In this document: positions 114,865-124,000 of the stretch, piece by piece | Position numbering within the stretch: position 1 is the first letter of the stretch | Layout of the letters: each line of letters starts with the position of its first letter | Origin: Wallemia ichthyophaga EXF-994 | Lineage: Eukaryota > Fungi > Basidiomycota | Assembly (NCBI RefSeq): GCF_000400465.1 | Contig: NW_008806282.1 | Span: 20,001-144,000 of the forward strand | DNA length: 124,000 nucleotides | Direction of reading: 5' to 3' | Notes under the pieces: model-generated | Told to the model about the DNA's origin: nothing | Databases searched by the model: none | Seen by the model: only the letters and a program-made list of their open reading frames with translations | Translations under genes and position numbers: made by a program

Positions 114865-116839
114865 GTCAACGACATCTGAAGTTGATGCCGAGTGCACACT
114901 CCTCGAGCAGAATTTGACTAAAGTGAATAATTTGACTAACTCAATGAGCTCAATGGTGTTTAGTCTAGAGGATAGGATGACTAGACTCGAGGGTGCGGTA
115001 ACTCCGCTGCAATCATCGACCAATGGTTTGGATGTTGTCTGTAGGAGTGAGTGTAGGATTGTGTGTTCGAATCTCTCCTAATTCATTTGATACATAGACA
115101 TTCAATCCTCACTCAACGCCATTGATAGCGATCAAAGACTATCAACGATCACCAGCGATGACGAACAAGCAATTATCGCAGGTGCTGATTCAAATGATAT
115201 TAGACCTTACTTGAAATTAGTTTGTTCGCTATGCAATCAACTTAAACACCTAAAACACTCCCAATGGTCTTCTTCTAAGAATGCTGCCACCGATCTCAAG
115301 AACCATGTTCAATCAGGTACACAATCCCTATTAAGGGTGTTTCAGGGCTGGGTTAGAGACGTAAGCATCCCAATTGATGCCGATAGCTGGAATCTCTTGG
115401 ATTTCCCGGGTATACCTCAACACGCCGTCGCGAGGTTAAGTGCCTTTATTGATGCTGTTTATCCTATACTAGACCAACTAGATGACTCTGCGTATACTCA
115501 TCCTTCTATCATTTACTCCTCTGAACGCGCACGCTACTTAAACATTTCTCTCCAGCCAATCTACAAAAAGTCTCAATTTTCACTTGATGCTCATTCTAAA
115601 TCTGGTCCACTTGGTACTCCTTTATATCTAAAAGGTTCTCAATCTCTTTCATCCCTCATAAAGACTGCAATAGCAATGGCTGACGTCGAGTGGCTCTCTG
115701 TCGTTGCTTTGTTTGGCAGGTGTGTTGATGATACAGGCGATAAGAAGGAAACAAATCCCTCAGATTACTCATCTCACTCAATCCATTCCCCCTTTACCTC
115801 TGCAATTGCACCAGCTGCCACTCTCATCCACTCCGCTACTTCAAACATATTCTCTCTTGCACGTTCAACCCCTCTCAAACACATTTTCCCTGTCTTAGAT
115901 GTTATTGAAGGTGTTACTCCACTCGCTGAGCCCTGGGACAAAGCCGTCACTGCGAGATGCACTCAGCCATCCACCAACCAAGTCGCCGCTTTGGTTGAGG
116001 AGTGTCGCTCAATCGCCCTGCACAGCTTTTCCGATGTTATCAAGCGCGTGCGCTTGCATAACGAAGAGAAACACATGACGGATGTGTCAGTAGTGACGAA
116101 TGATACCATTGCATATCTCAAAGAAATACCCGCATATTCCAACACTATGGAGCAGCTCCTGAGGCGTGTGGAGTGGGGGGGAAGGAGTGAACAACGCGCA
116201 CCACGCGCCAACCTCCTCGAGAATTACCTCCGTGATGTACTCACTAATCTGATAACCACACTCACGCACCTCAAACCAAATGCCTACACTACCATTTACA
116301 CGCTCAACAATCTCTCAGTGCTGCGACGCGAGCTGATAGAAGCTTGCGAGCCGGTATCACTCGACCCTAGCAAAGCCGACTCCCCCTCAAACCGCGACAT
116401 AGGAGATCTTTTAGGTGAAGCAGCTGAAGATGCACTCAACGACGCTTTGCGGACGTGGCGCATGGCGTATCTCGACGCAGTGTGGAAACCGTCCCAGGTG
116501 GCGCTGACGTCGGATGAGCTGAGCACCACAAATCAAGGGCCACACGTCCCCACGGCATTAGGGGGGAGTGCCGAACGTAAACAGCTCATCAAGGATAAGT
116601 TCAGCAGATTTAACGAGGCATTTAGCCATCTCGAAAGCTTGCATACCAAGCACCCCGTCGCCAAACGCGACAAAACGCTGCTTGGCAGACTAGGCAAGGA
116701 GTGCAAAGCTATGCTCCTACCTCCATACGCTACGCTCTGGGGTAAAAACCAGTCGGGGGACTTTGCCAAGACACCGTCAAAGTATATGCGCATCACACCT
116801 GATCAGCTCGAGGCGCGTATTGATGGGTTGTTTGTGTAG
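114863..116839 (+). CDS. EXO70: Exocyst subunit Exo70
   Basis: LLEQNL..V..LT..M..M..SLEDRMTRLEGAVTPL N-terminus; IYTLNN, IKDKFSRFNEAF, PSKYMRITPDQL. Confidence 0.9.
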
Positions 116840-116997
116840 ATGGCTTGTCTATTTAGTGTGCGAATTGGCGTGTACATTGCGTCTTTATATTTGTTTTACT
116901 TTTTACTTTTGTGTGCGCGTGTGTGCATGTGTGCATTTGCGTCACTTGATTAGCAACTTCAATCACCAAACAAAATACACCAGTCAAAAACCAGAAG

Positions 116998-119900
116998 ATG
117001 GGAGTACCAGGATTATGGGATGTGAGTGGCAGAATGGCGTGAATGTACCGCTCAATTGGCTCCAGCTCCTCCGCCCAGCCGCGTGCTCCCACTCGCTATC
117101 GCGGATGTCTGTCGATGCGTTTGTAGCAAACAACCGTGGACACCGGGGACTGCGCGTAGGCGTAGATGCCTCAATCTGGCTTATACACTCACAAACAGCG
117201 CCTGGCGGTCTAAATCCAGCACTCCGCACGCTTTTCTTCAAACTGAGCAAGCTGATGACGCTGCCGATACTCCCTCTATTCGTGTTCGATGGGCCAGGCA
117301 GGGTGGGTTATGAGAGTGCGCAGTAGACCGCCTTTTTAATGCACTACCCACAGCCCAAAATGAAACGCGGTAAACAGGTACGCGGGAGACAGCCCCGCGG
117401 ACTTAAAGACTTTATTAAGCTTATCGACGCTTTCGGCTTTGAGCATCACCAGGCGCCCGGTGAAGCAGAGGCTGAGCTAGCCCATCTGTCCAAGATGGCC
117501 ACCATCGACGTCATCCTCTCTGATGATGTCGATAGCCTGCTTTTCGGCGGTGTCAAGATTCTGCGCAATTGGTCCCTCACTCTGTCGGGGAACAGCAGTC
117601 GATCTCAGCTGCAACTGCAGGCAGATGGACAAACCCGCACCCATGATTCACTTGCTGCCGACGATCACCGCGTCGAGACCTACACACTTTCCGACGTGCA
117701 CAGTCATCCCTCCACCGCCGTCACGCCTGCTGGGCTTATTCTCGTTGCGCTACTTGCAGGCGGCGACTACCACCCAGTGAGCGGGAAATATTTCTCTCAT
117801 TGCACTGTCTCACTTCAATGCAGGCCGGAGTGCAGAACTGCGGGACCAAAAACGCTTTCGGCTTGGCGCGAGCAGGTTTCGGGGAGAAGCTGATGGAGGG
117901 TGTGAGCTTGACACCGCCATCTGAGCTACCTTCCTTTTTGGATGCGTGGCGGGCTGAAATGCGCGAGGAGCTCACTCACAACACCTCCGGTCACCTCAGC
118001 AGCAAACGTCCAGCAGTAGCTGCAGCGCTAACGCCATCTTTCCCCGACATGGAGGTTCTCGCACGCTACACGCACCCACTAACGACGGCGTCGACCGAGT
118101 GCGACGCTGTTTACCGCGCCTCACTCGCCGCAGTCCGTTTCGCGAAAGAGCCCGATATCGCAGCCCTAGCCCGTTTCTGTGAGGAATACTTCGAGTGGGG
118201 TGAACGCTCGCGGATCGTTGCCAAATTCCGCAGCAGCGTCTGGGACGGGGTGTATGTGCGTGCGCTGCGCGCTGCCACTTGCGCTCTGGATAGTGGGGAA
118301 TGTGGGGAATTCAACGAGGAGGCCAAATCTCATCTCGTCCGCATACACCAAACTCGCAACAAAAGCAACGCAGAAAGGTACGTCGAGTACCGCATTTCAG
118401 TCGATCCCGCACCTTACGTTCGCATCGTGGAGATGGCACTTACTGGTGACATGCGCGCTTTGAGAGAGGCTCGTAAACGCAACGACCCTGCTCTGCGCGA
118501 TCTGCGCAACGCCTTGCCAGATGAGAACGGTGGTAACAGCCTTGGCACGGATGTCTCCTCGTCTAATTTGGATCTGACAGCGGATCCTACCCCATCTCAA
118601 ACTCAAACTCAAACTCCATCGCAGTCGCTGAATACACAAAAATCTAAACCACCTACTGACCAACACGCCCCGCTGAGAATGTGGGTGCCGTCGCAGATTC
118701 TCCGCGCCGCTTTGCGCAATGAGACGGATGCTTTCGATAGCGGACGTGGTGTTCATTCCAGTGGTAGCGAAAGAGTGGCGACAGTAGCCCCGAGCCGCAT
118801 CCCACACCCTGCATCTGCTTTAGTACGCGAGAAGACCATTGTGGATGAGCAAGATAAGCAAGATGAGCAAGGAGATGGTAATGGTGGCGGTGATAATAGT
118901 GACATTACTACTCGATATAGAAGTGTCAGAGGTAGTAGAGGTGGGAGAGGTAGAGGTGGTGGTAGGCGCAGACGCGCTACTGCCAACGACTTCACCACAA
119001 ACACGCACAACACCCTCACTCGTCACGCTACCATAGAAGACCAGCCTGATTACACTCAAGCTAACAACTTTGATTTCGTCGATTTCACCGACTCGAATAA
119101 CCCCATCGTCCTGCCTTCTCCACCCAAGGTGAGTCGTAAGAGGGCGACAAAGGGCGGTGTAAATGTGGCGAGTACGGAAGGTTACGTAGGCAACCGCGCA
119201 AGCACTCAACGCACCCAGCAAACTCAACACACTCAACGCACTCCACGCAAAACCAGCGGTAGTAAGCGCCACGTCGATAGTACGTCGACTGACAATCTCG
119301 GTGAGCGTTTGAAGCGGATTGGTGCGGTGGGAGAGGGTGCACAAGACACTGCAGCGCCTGAAGATTTAAATGCCAGGGAGGAATTAAGAGATTCTGAAGA
119401 CGCAGCATACTCAGGATACTCAGGATATTCAGGTCATCCTCAACATCATCGACACTCTCCGCCCAGCTGCAGCAAAACTCCATCAAAACCCAAACAATAT
119501 AGCCTCGCCAGCCCTCTGGATGCATCGCTCAGTCCACCGTCGCCTTCGGCGTTGTTTGGTTTGGGTGGAATGGGTGGAAATGAGAAGGAGAAGGGGGAAT
119601 TTGGGGAATATGCTCTGAGGCATAGGCATAAACCTAAAAACAAAAACAAGGAACCGATACAGATTGACGATTCACCCGTAAACACAAACAACACCCAGGA
119701 CCTAGATGGAGAAAGAGCGAAAACGACCCGTACACACGCAAGCCACTCACCTATCAACATTTCGAGCGACGAAAGCTCAACGCCGCGGGGGAAGAGTACG
119801 AGCGTGGTGAAGGGGAGTAAGAGTAGGAGTAAAAAGAGAGATTCACTGTCGCCGTCGTTGCGGCGTAGGAGTGAGGGCAGCAAAAGAAAGAACAAGACAC

Positions 119901-120004
119901 TTACGGGTGTGTTCGCCGGGCGTAAGCCTGTGCATACGCCTGCATCTACGTCTGCCCACAAGCAGTTAAACAGCAAGACAAACGACGTTATAGATCTGAC
120001 GTAG
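116998..120004 (+). CDS. YEN1: Holliday junction resolvase Yen1/GEN1-like XPG nuclease
   Basis: MGVPGLWD, GVDASIW, PLFVFDG, APGEAEAELA, SDDVDSLLFG, LAGGDYHP, NCG; long disordered C-terminus. Confidence 0.8.
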
Positions 120005-120103
120005 AGATGATGATGTAATAATACAACACAAATGGAATTTGAGTTTAATTGAGTTAATGTACAATAGACCACTATGCAAAAAGTAATTGAAAATATAGTC
120101 CAA

Positions 120104-121846
120104 CTACCAAAAGTTTTCACTGCGTGCTTCAACACTATACTCACCTCTTTCGCATCTCTTCCTCCGCTCAAGCAACCAAGCGTCGAACCAATTTTTCATT
120201 CGCAGGCGACTCGCCGGCTTTGCATTGTTGACAGTGGCGATGATGCGCGTGTGGTCAATGGAGAGAGCGAAGCAAGTGAGTTCCGTGAAAGATGAATGTT
120301 CCGAGTAAGGTACGCCATAGCAGCTAACGTAATCGTTAGAGCCGCGTGTGCTGTGAATGTGTTTGTGCGTGTACGTGTCCCACCTGCTGAGGTCTTGTTT
120401 AAGGAGGAGGTCGATGGACGGCGACTTGCTATCACTTGCCGACCCACTCCCACTACTGCTTTCGCTCTTGCCGCCCCTTCCGCCCCCGCTGTACGTCCAG
120501 CCGGTCGGCTTAATGCCGATTACGCGCGAAAAGCGCCCGTTGAATCTGGATATGTAGTCGGGAAGCGCGGCAATAGTTACCCCACCCAGACCCTGAATGT
120601 GCACTTGAGCAGCGTAAGGGTCGGAAGTGAGGAGAGCATCGAGGTCGCTGTCGCGCTCGTTGCGCAGAAGCGCTTGTCGCCGCTTATCGGCGTATACTTT
120701 GGAATTGAGGGCATGAGCAATCGCCTTTACTATCCGCTCCTTGCCGATGGAATAGGTGCCGACCACAACGAGGACATCGTTGGGGAGAGTATGTGGGTGA
120801 ATATTTTCATTTTCACTTTTATTTTCACCACTGGATGGTTTTTCATCTGTCACGTACTCACCATGCTCATCTTGCTCAGGAGCACCACTCAGCTTCTTCC
120901 AGCCACCCTTGATCATGTCGAGCATTGAGCTGTTTGGCTGCATCAGGCTATTCACTCGCATCTCACCCCGTAAATTCGCGAGGACGAGGTCGCGGCAGGC
121001 ATCAATAACGAGTGGCTGTGGAGGGAAGGAGTAGGTGGGATTGAGGTAGGTGGTGTCTAAGTAGATAATGTCGAATTTTGACCGAGCGATGGCGGGATGG
121101 CGTATGTGTCTGGGACTGGCCCTGAAATCGCCGCAATGGAGGTATTTGAAAGAGCGGCTGCTGCCGATCCACGGGGAAGTGAAAGTGGATGGCGCAGCAT
121201 CGACTGTCTGCCTACCCTCGAAGACAATAATGCAAGAACCGGGGCAGTGGTTTGCGTCGATAAGGGTCGCGGTGACGCCATTCGTGCCTGGGATGGTGTG
121301 TGCAGTGTTGAGTGAGAGCGGGCGGAGGTACTCTCGCTTGACGCTTGTTATGTGGTGGACGAGCTCGGCCGTAATCTCGGAGCAGTATATCGGACCACCA
121401 CTCCAGTTCTTGGATAGTGACTGATAATGGTCGCTGTGGGCGTGTGTGAGGAAGTAGGCTGTGATATTGGGGATGGACGAGTACGCGAACGCGTCAACGG
121501 CGATGGGCATTCCTTGGAGTATCTTGTAGAAAGGAGGTTGGCGCGGTTGGCGTGGCTGTGATTGTGCGTCTGCCTCCGCATCTGCCTTCTCTTCGGGGTT
121601 ATTGGATGACATGAGCACGTTGAATGCAGATATCTTTTTCTTCTTCGCGGGTGGCGGGGGAGGAGTGGGCGAGGGGGATAATCGCTTGTCTTGTACTTGG
121701 TTGTTCTCTAGCTGCTTATCAGCCACAGCCACAGCATCATAGCCACCATCCAGGCATCGGTTCACGTGGTGATTTGCAGCTGGTTGATCGTGATTGGACA
121801 AATCTAGATTGCAAACCGGGCAAAATGGGCAAACCGGGAGATCCAT
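120104..121846 (-). CDS. PSO2: DNA cross-link repair nuclease Pso2/Snm1 (MBL/beta-CASP) with UBZ finger
   Basis: CPVCNLDL..NHHVNRCLD, THAHSDHY, DANHCPGS, HCGDFR, YLDTTY, PYSEHSS. Confidence 0.93.
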   Translation of the reverse strand: MDLPVCPFCPVCNLDLSNHDQPAANHHVNRCLDGGYDAVAVADKQLENNQVQDKRLSPSPTPPPPPAKKKKISAFNVLMSSNNPEEKADAEADAQSQPRQPRQPPFYKILQGMPIAVDAFAYSSIPNITAYFLTHAHSDHYQSLSKNWSGGPIYCSEITAELVHHITSVKREYLRPLSLNTAHTIPGTNGVTATLIDANHCPGSCIIVFEGRQTVDAAPSTFTSPWIGSSRSFKYLHCGDFRASPRHIRHPAIARSKFDIIYLDTTYLNPTYSFPPQPLVIDACRDLVLANLRGEMRVNSLMQPNSSMLDMIKGGWKKLSGAPEQDEHGEYVTDEKPSSGENKSENENIHPHTLPNDVLVVVGTYSIGKERIVKAIAHALNSKVYADKRRQALLRNERDSDLDALLTSDPYAAQVHIQGLGGVTIAALPDYISRFNGRFSRVIGIKPTGWTYSGGGRGGKSESSSGSGSASDSKSPSIDLLLKQDLSRWDTYTHKHIHSTRGSNDYVSCYGVPYSEHSSFTELTCFALSIDHTRIIATVNNAKPASRLRMKNWFDAWLLERRKRCERGEYSVEARSENFW

Positions 121847-121876
121847 CGGGTGCAATCTTCTTACCAACCGACGGTG

Positions 121877-122887
121877 ATGACGGGATGGAATAGAGTGCTT
121901 AAATTCTGGGTAATATTCGTGATAGCGACGTTGAATATAAATTTAGTACAAATATTCAGCAGTCCATTTAAATTAATCAGTAAATCCATCTACACAAGCA
122001 TCATCGACTACTCGAAAGCGTCATTCTCCAAGTTTCTGGTTATTTTGTTAAATTTGCAAGGTAATGGAAGCGTAGTGAGAGTGTACAACCCAGTAACAGT
122101 TCAACCACAATCTGTAATCTTCTCAAACCACCAACTGTACACTGATTGGATTTACATCTGGACTCTCCTCTATAAGCTGGAATCCAACGCTGATCACCTT
122201 ATCATCATCCTCAAACACTCCCTCAAACACATCCCCATCCTTGGCTGGGGTATGCAATTTTTCAACTTTATCTTTCTTAGACGCAGTTGGGCTGTTGATA
122301 ACAAGACACTCTCTAATCAATTACATCAGATTTCTGCCAACAGCAACCCATACACCCTTCTCCTCTTCCCTGAAGGTACCACCATCTCCAACGATTCTCG
122401 CCCAAAGTCAAACAACTTTACGAAGAAAATTGGCGTTGAAGATTTTCACCATCTCCTCTACCCACGTGTTACTGGTCTCCTCCACTCCCTCAGGTCTCTC
122501 TCCCATAATCCCAACCTCCAGGTCATCGACTCTACCCTTGCATACCCAGACATCCCCCCTGGCGTCTACGGCCAGGACTGGTACACGCTTAAAAACACCT
122601 TCCTCAGGCGCATCTCGCCGGATATTATACACTTGCACATGAGCAGCTGGAAATTGTGTGACATTCCAATCCACTCGGATGATTTATTCACTAGCTGGCT
122701 TCTACAGAGGTGGCACGAGAAAGAGCAACGTTTGCGTGTTTTCCAAGAGTCACACACTCTAGATCCATCTGGCAAGTACCAAGACATCCCTCTCAATCTA
122801 ACCCATCCACTAGCACACACACTCGATGCTTTCATCTACTTTGTTCCTATCATTTTGGTGTATGTTCTATGTCGTTTGGTGATATAA
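121877..122887 (+). CDS. Lysophospholipid acyltransferase (Cst26/LCLAT1-like)
   Basis: NHQLYTDW (HX4D), LKHIPILGWGMQFFNFIFLRRSW, FPEGT, LYPRVTG. Confidence 0.9.
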   Translation: MTGWNRVLKFWVIFVIATLNINLVQIFSSPFKLISKSIYTSIIDYSKASFSKFLVILLNLQGNGSVVRVYNPVTVQPQSVIFSNHQLYTDWIYIWTLLYKLESNADHLIIILKHSLKHIPILGWGMQFFNFIFLRRSWAVDNKTLSNQLHQISANSNPYTLLLFPEGTTISNDSRPKSNNFTKKIGVEDFHHLLYPRVTGLLHSLRSLSHNPNLQVIDSTLAYPDIPPGVYGQDWYTLKNTFLRRISPDIIHLHMSSWKLCDIPIHSDDLFTSWLLQRWHEKEQRLRVFQESHTLDPSGKYQDIPLNLTHPLAHTLDAFIYFVPIILVYVLCRLVI

Positions 122888-122916
122888 AATTCATGTCATT
122901 TGATATCGATAATCAT

Positions 122917-123483
122917 CTAAAGGAATTTGCTAGCCAGGCTGCTCAGCCCACCCGAGTCACTTCCTCCAATTGTACCACCACTCATCTTGGACTTGATGAC
123001 GAGTTTACCGAAAGTCATTGCAGCGCTGTCAACAGCAGACTGTTTGTCGTCGCTGCTACCATGACTAAAGTGTTCATCAGCCAATTTCTTAGCCTCGGCG
123101 ATAACTTTTCCGAGGAGATCGCTATCTTTCTCGTTTGTCTGGTTTTCTCCACCAGCAAAGTGTTTCTTGAAAAGGCTCATAGCGTAAGCAGTGCCGTGCT
123201 CTTGAGGCGAGGCGCCCTTGGTATCGCCCTCTTCAAAAACCTTGTTATGTGCCTGCACGGAGCCTTCCTCATCCACATGGCCATTCATCTCGCCCTGCTT
123301 GTCGTTGAGCATGCCTACTGCCTTCTCGAGGTACGAGTGCTGTGACTCATCGCCGTGCTCTGACTTGGCCATGCCGAGGACTGACCTCAAATCGAATCCT
123401 TGCCCAGAAGAGGTGTTACCTGAGTCGCCGCTATTACCTGCGTACGCCTCATAGCCTTGTTTAGCCATATTTACAAAGTCCAT
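122917..123483 (-). CDS. Small G/S-rich protein resembling basidiomycete beta-flanking protein
   Basis: MDFVNMAKQGYEAY...VDEE..VQAH..AMS..K.F.GG...AEAKKL...KQSAVDSAAMT..KL..KS..SGGTIGGSDSGGLSSL (recognised from memory, not searched). Confidence 0.65.
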   Translation of the reverse strand: MDFVNMAKQGYEAYAGNSGDSGNTSSGQGFDLRSVLGMAKSEHGDESQHSYLEKAVGMLNDKQGEMNGHVDEEGSVQAHNKVFEEGDTKGASPQEHGTAYAMSLFKKHFAGGENQTNEKDSDLLGKVIAEAKKLADEHFSHGSSDDKQSAVDSAAMTFGKLVIKSKMSGGTIGGSDSGGLSSLASKFL

Positions 123484-123589
123484 TGTGGATGTGCTTGTGT
123501 GTTTACGGTGCTGATGGTGCTGGTGCAACGTGTATTGCTATCTGATCGGTCCGGGAGCAATTCGGGAAATTAGAGCGTAATGTGATTGC

Positions 123590-124000
123590 GGAGGAGAGCC
123601 CAAACTTCAAAGGTGCACTTGCCTGCATTTTAATGCGTTGTCTGCTTGCATCTCCTCATCTCCCCGTCCACCTCTTCATCTCCCGAACATCCATCATCTG
123701 GATAACAAATTCAGATAACAGATAAAAGATGGGCACACAACATGCGCGCGCGGCCCTGCATGCCGCACACAGCCTACGCGCCGTCCCGCGGTCGTGGAAG
123801 GCGCGTATTGGTCGAGTTCTACGGGAGGGGGAGGACAAGGACGCACAGGGCACACAAAGCAAACGACGTCTACTGAGTGAGTGAGTTAGTTGCGGGGATG
123901 TCCACCGACGCGATCTTACAAAATATAGTCTATGGCAGCCACACCAAACAGCTCGTTGAGGCTCTCCTCCGCGATCCATTGGCTGGCGGTAAAGCTGGTG
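123590..124000 (-). CDS. 3' part of an unidentified spliced gene (partial)
   Basis: Canonical intron GTAAGA...CTAAC...CAG at ~123875-123920 and an open exon running off the window; product unresolved. Confidence 0.4.

Noticed and set aside
123590-124000. Idea that the terminal partial gene is MIP1 next to beta-fg
   Set aside because: No frame shows MIP C-terminal motifs (HLxGYGAxYYSY).

Overview
Gene-dense, intron-rich fungal chromosome segment of about 60 genes. Introns are mostly 40-55 nt and intergenic gaps are tiny. The gene content (eEF3, Het-C, Stealth/Xpt1-like, Rax2-SH3, STE12 with C2H2 fingers, beta-flanking protein) indicates a basidiomycete, and the extreme compaction suggests Wallemia (inference; no search was run). 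I found no rRNA, tRNA, CRISPR or transposon. Most genes are conserved housekeeping or DNA-repair genes: DHH1, YRA1, UBC4, EXO1, RAM2, DUR3, PPT1, RAX2, OSH3, BUD31, ATP10, TSR3, UreF, GH3, RIC8, (6-4) photolyase, PalC, SMC1, TIM8, ATG9, MRD1, NHP6, SEC21, CWC25, RRB1, SMC6, YEF3, TAH18, TFB4, LHS1, MDH, ALO1, APC11, STE12, EXO70, YEN1, PSO2. Main findings: (1) An in-frame spliced fusion of the ubiquitin-binding WD40+PFU half of Doa1/PLAA to a complete class-I sirtuin, which replaces the Cdc48-binding PUL domain (63594-66067). (2) Twin 46-nt sister introns separated by a probable 2-nt micro-exon in the second Het-C gene. (3) A 42-bp exact copy of the eEF3 C-terminal codons behind a 3' splice site, possibly an alternative last exon. 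(4) A 495-nt YRA1 intron closed by an 18-bp perfect inverted repeat. (5) STE12 and EXO70 start codons overlapping in one CATG, among many ultra-short head-to-head gene pairs. (6) Three start codons split by introns. (7) A 5-oxoprolinase that stops after its A-half, beside two transporters. (8) A degenerate DEAD-box pseudogene. Coordinates of multi-exon genes span start to stop and were assembled by eye.
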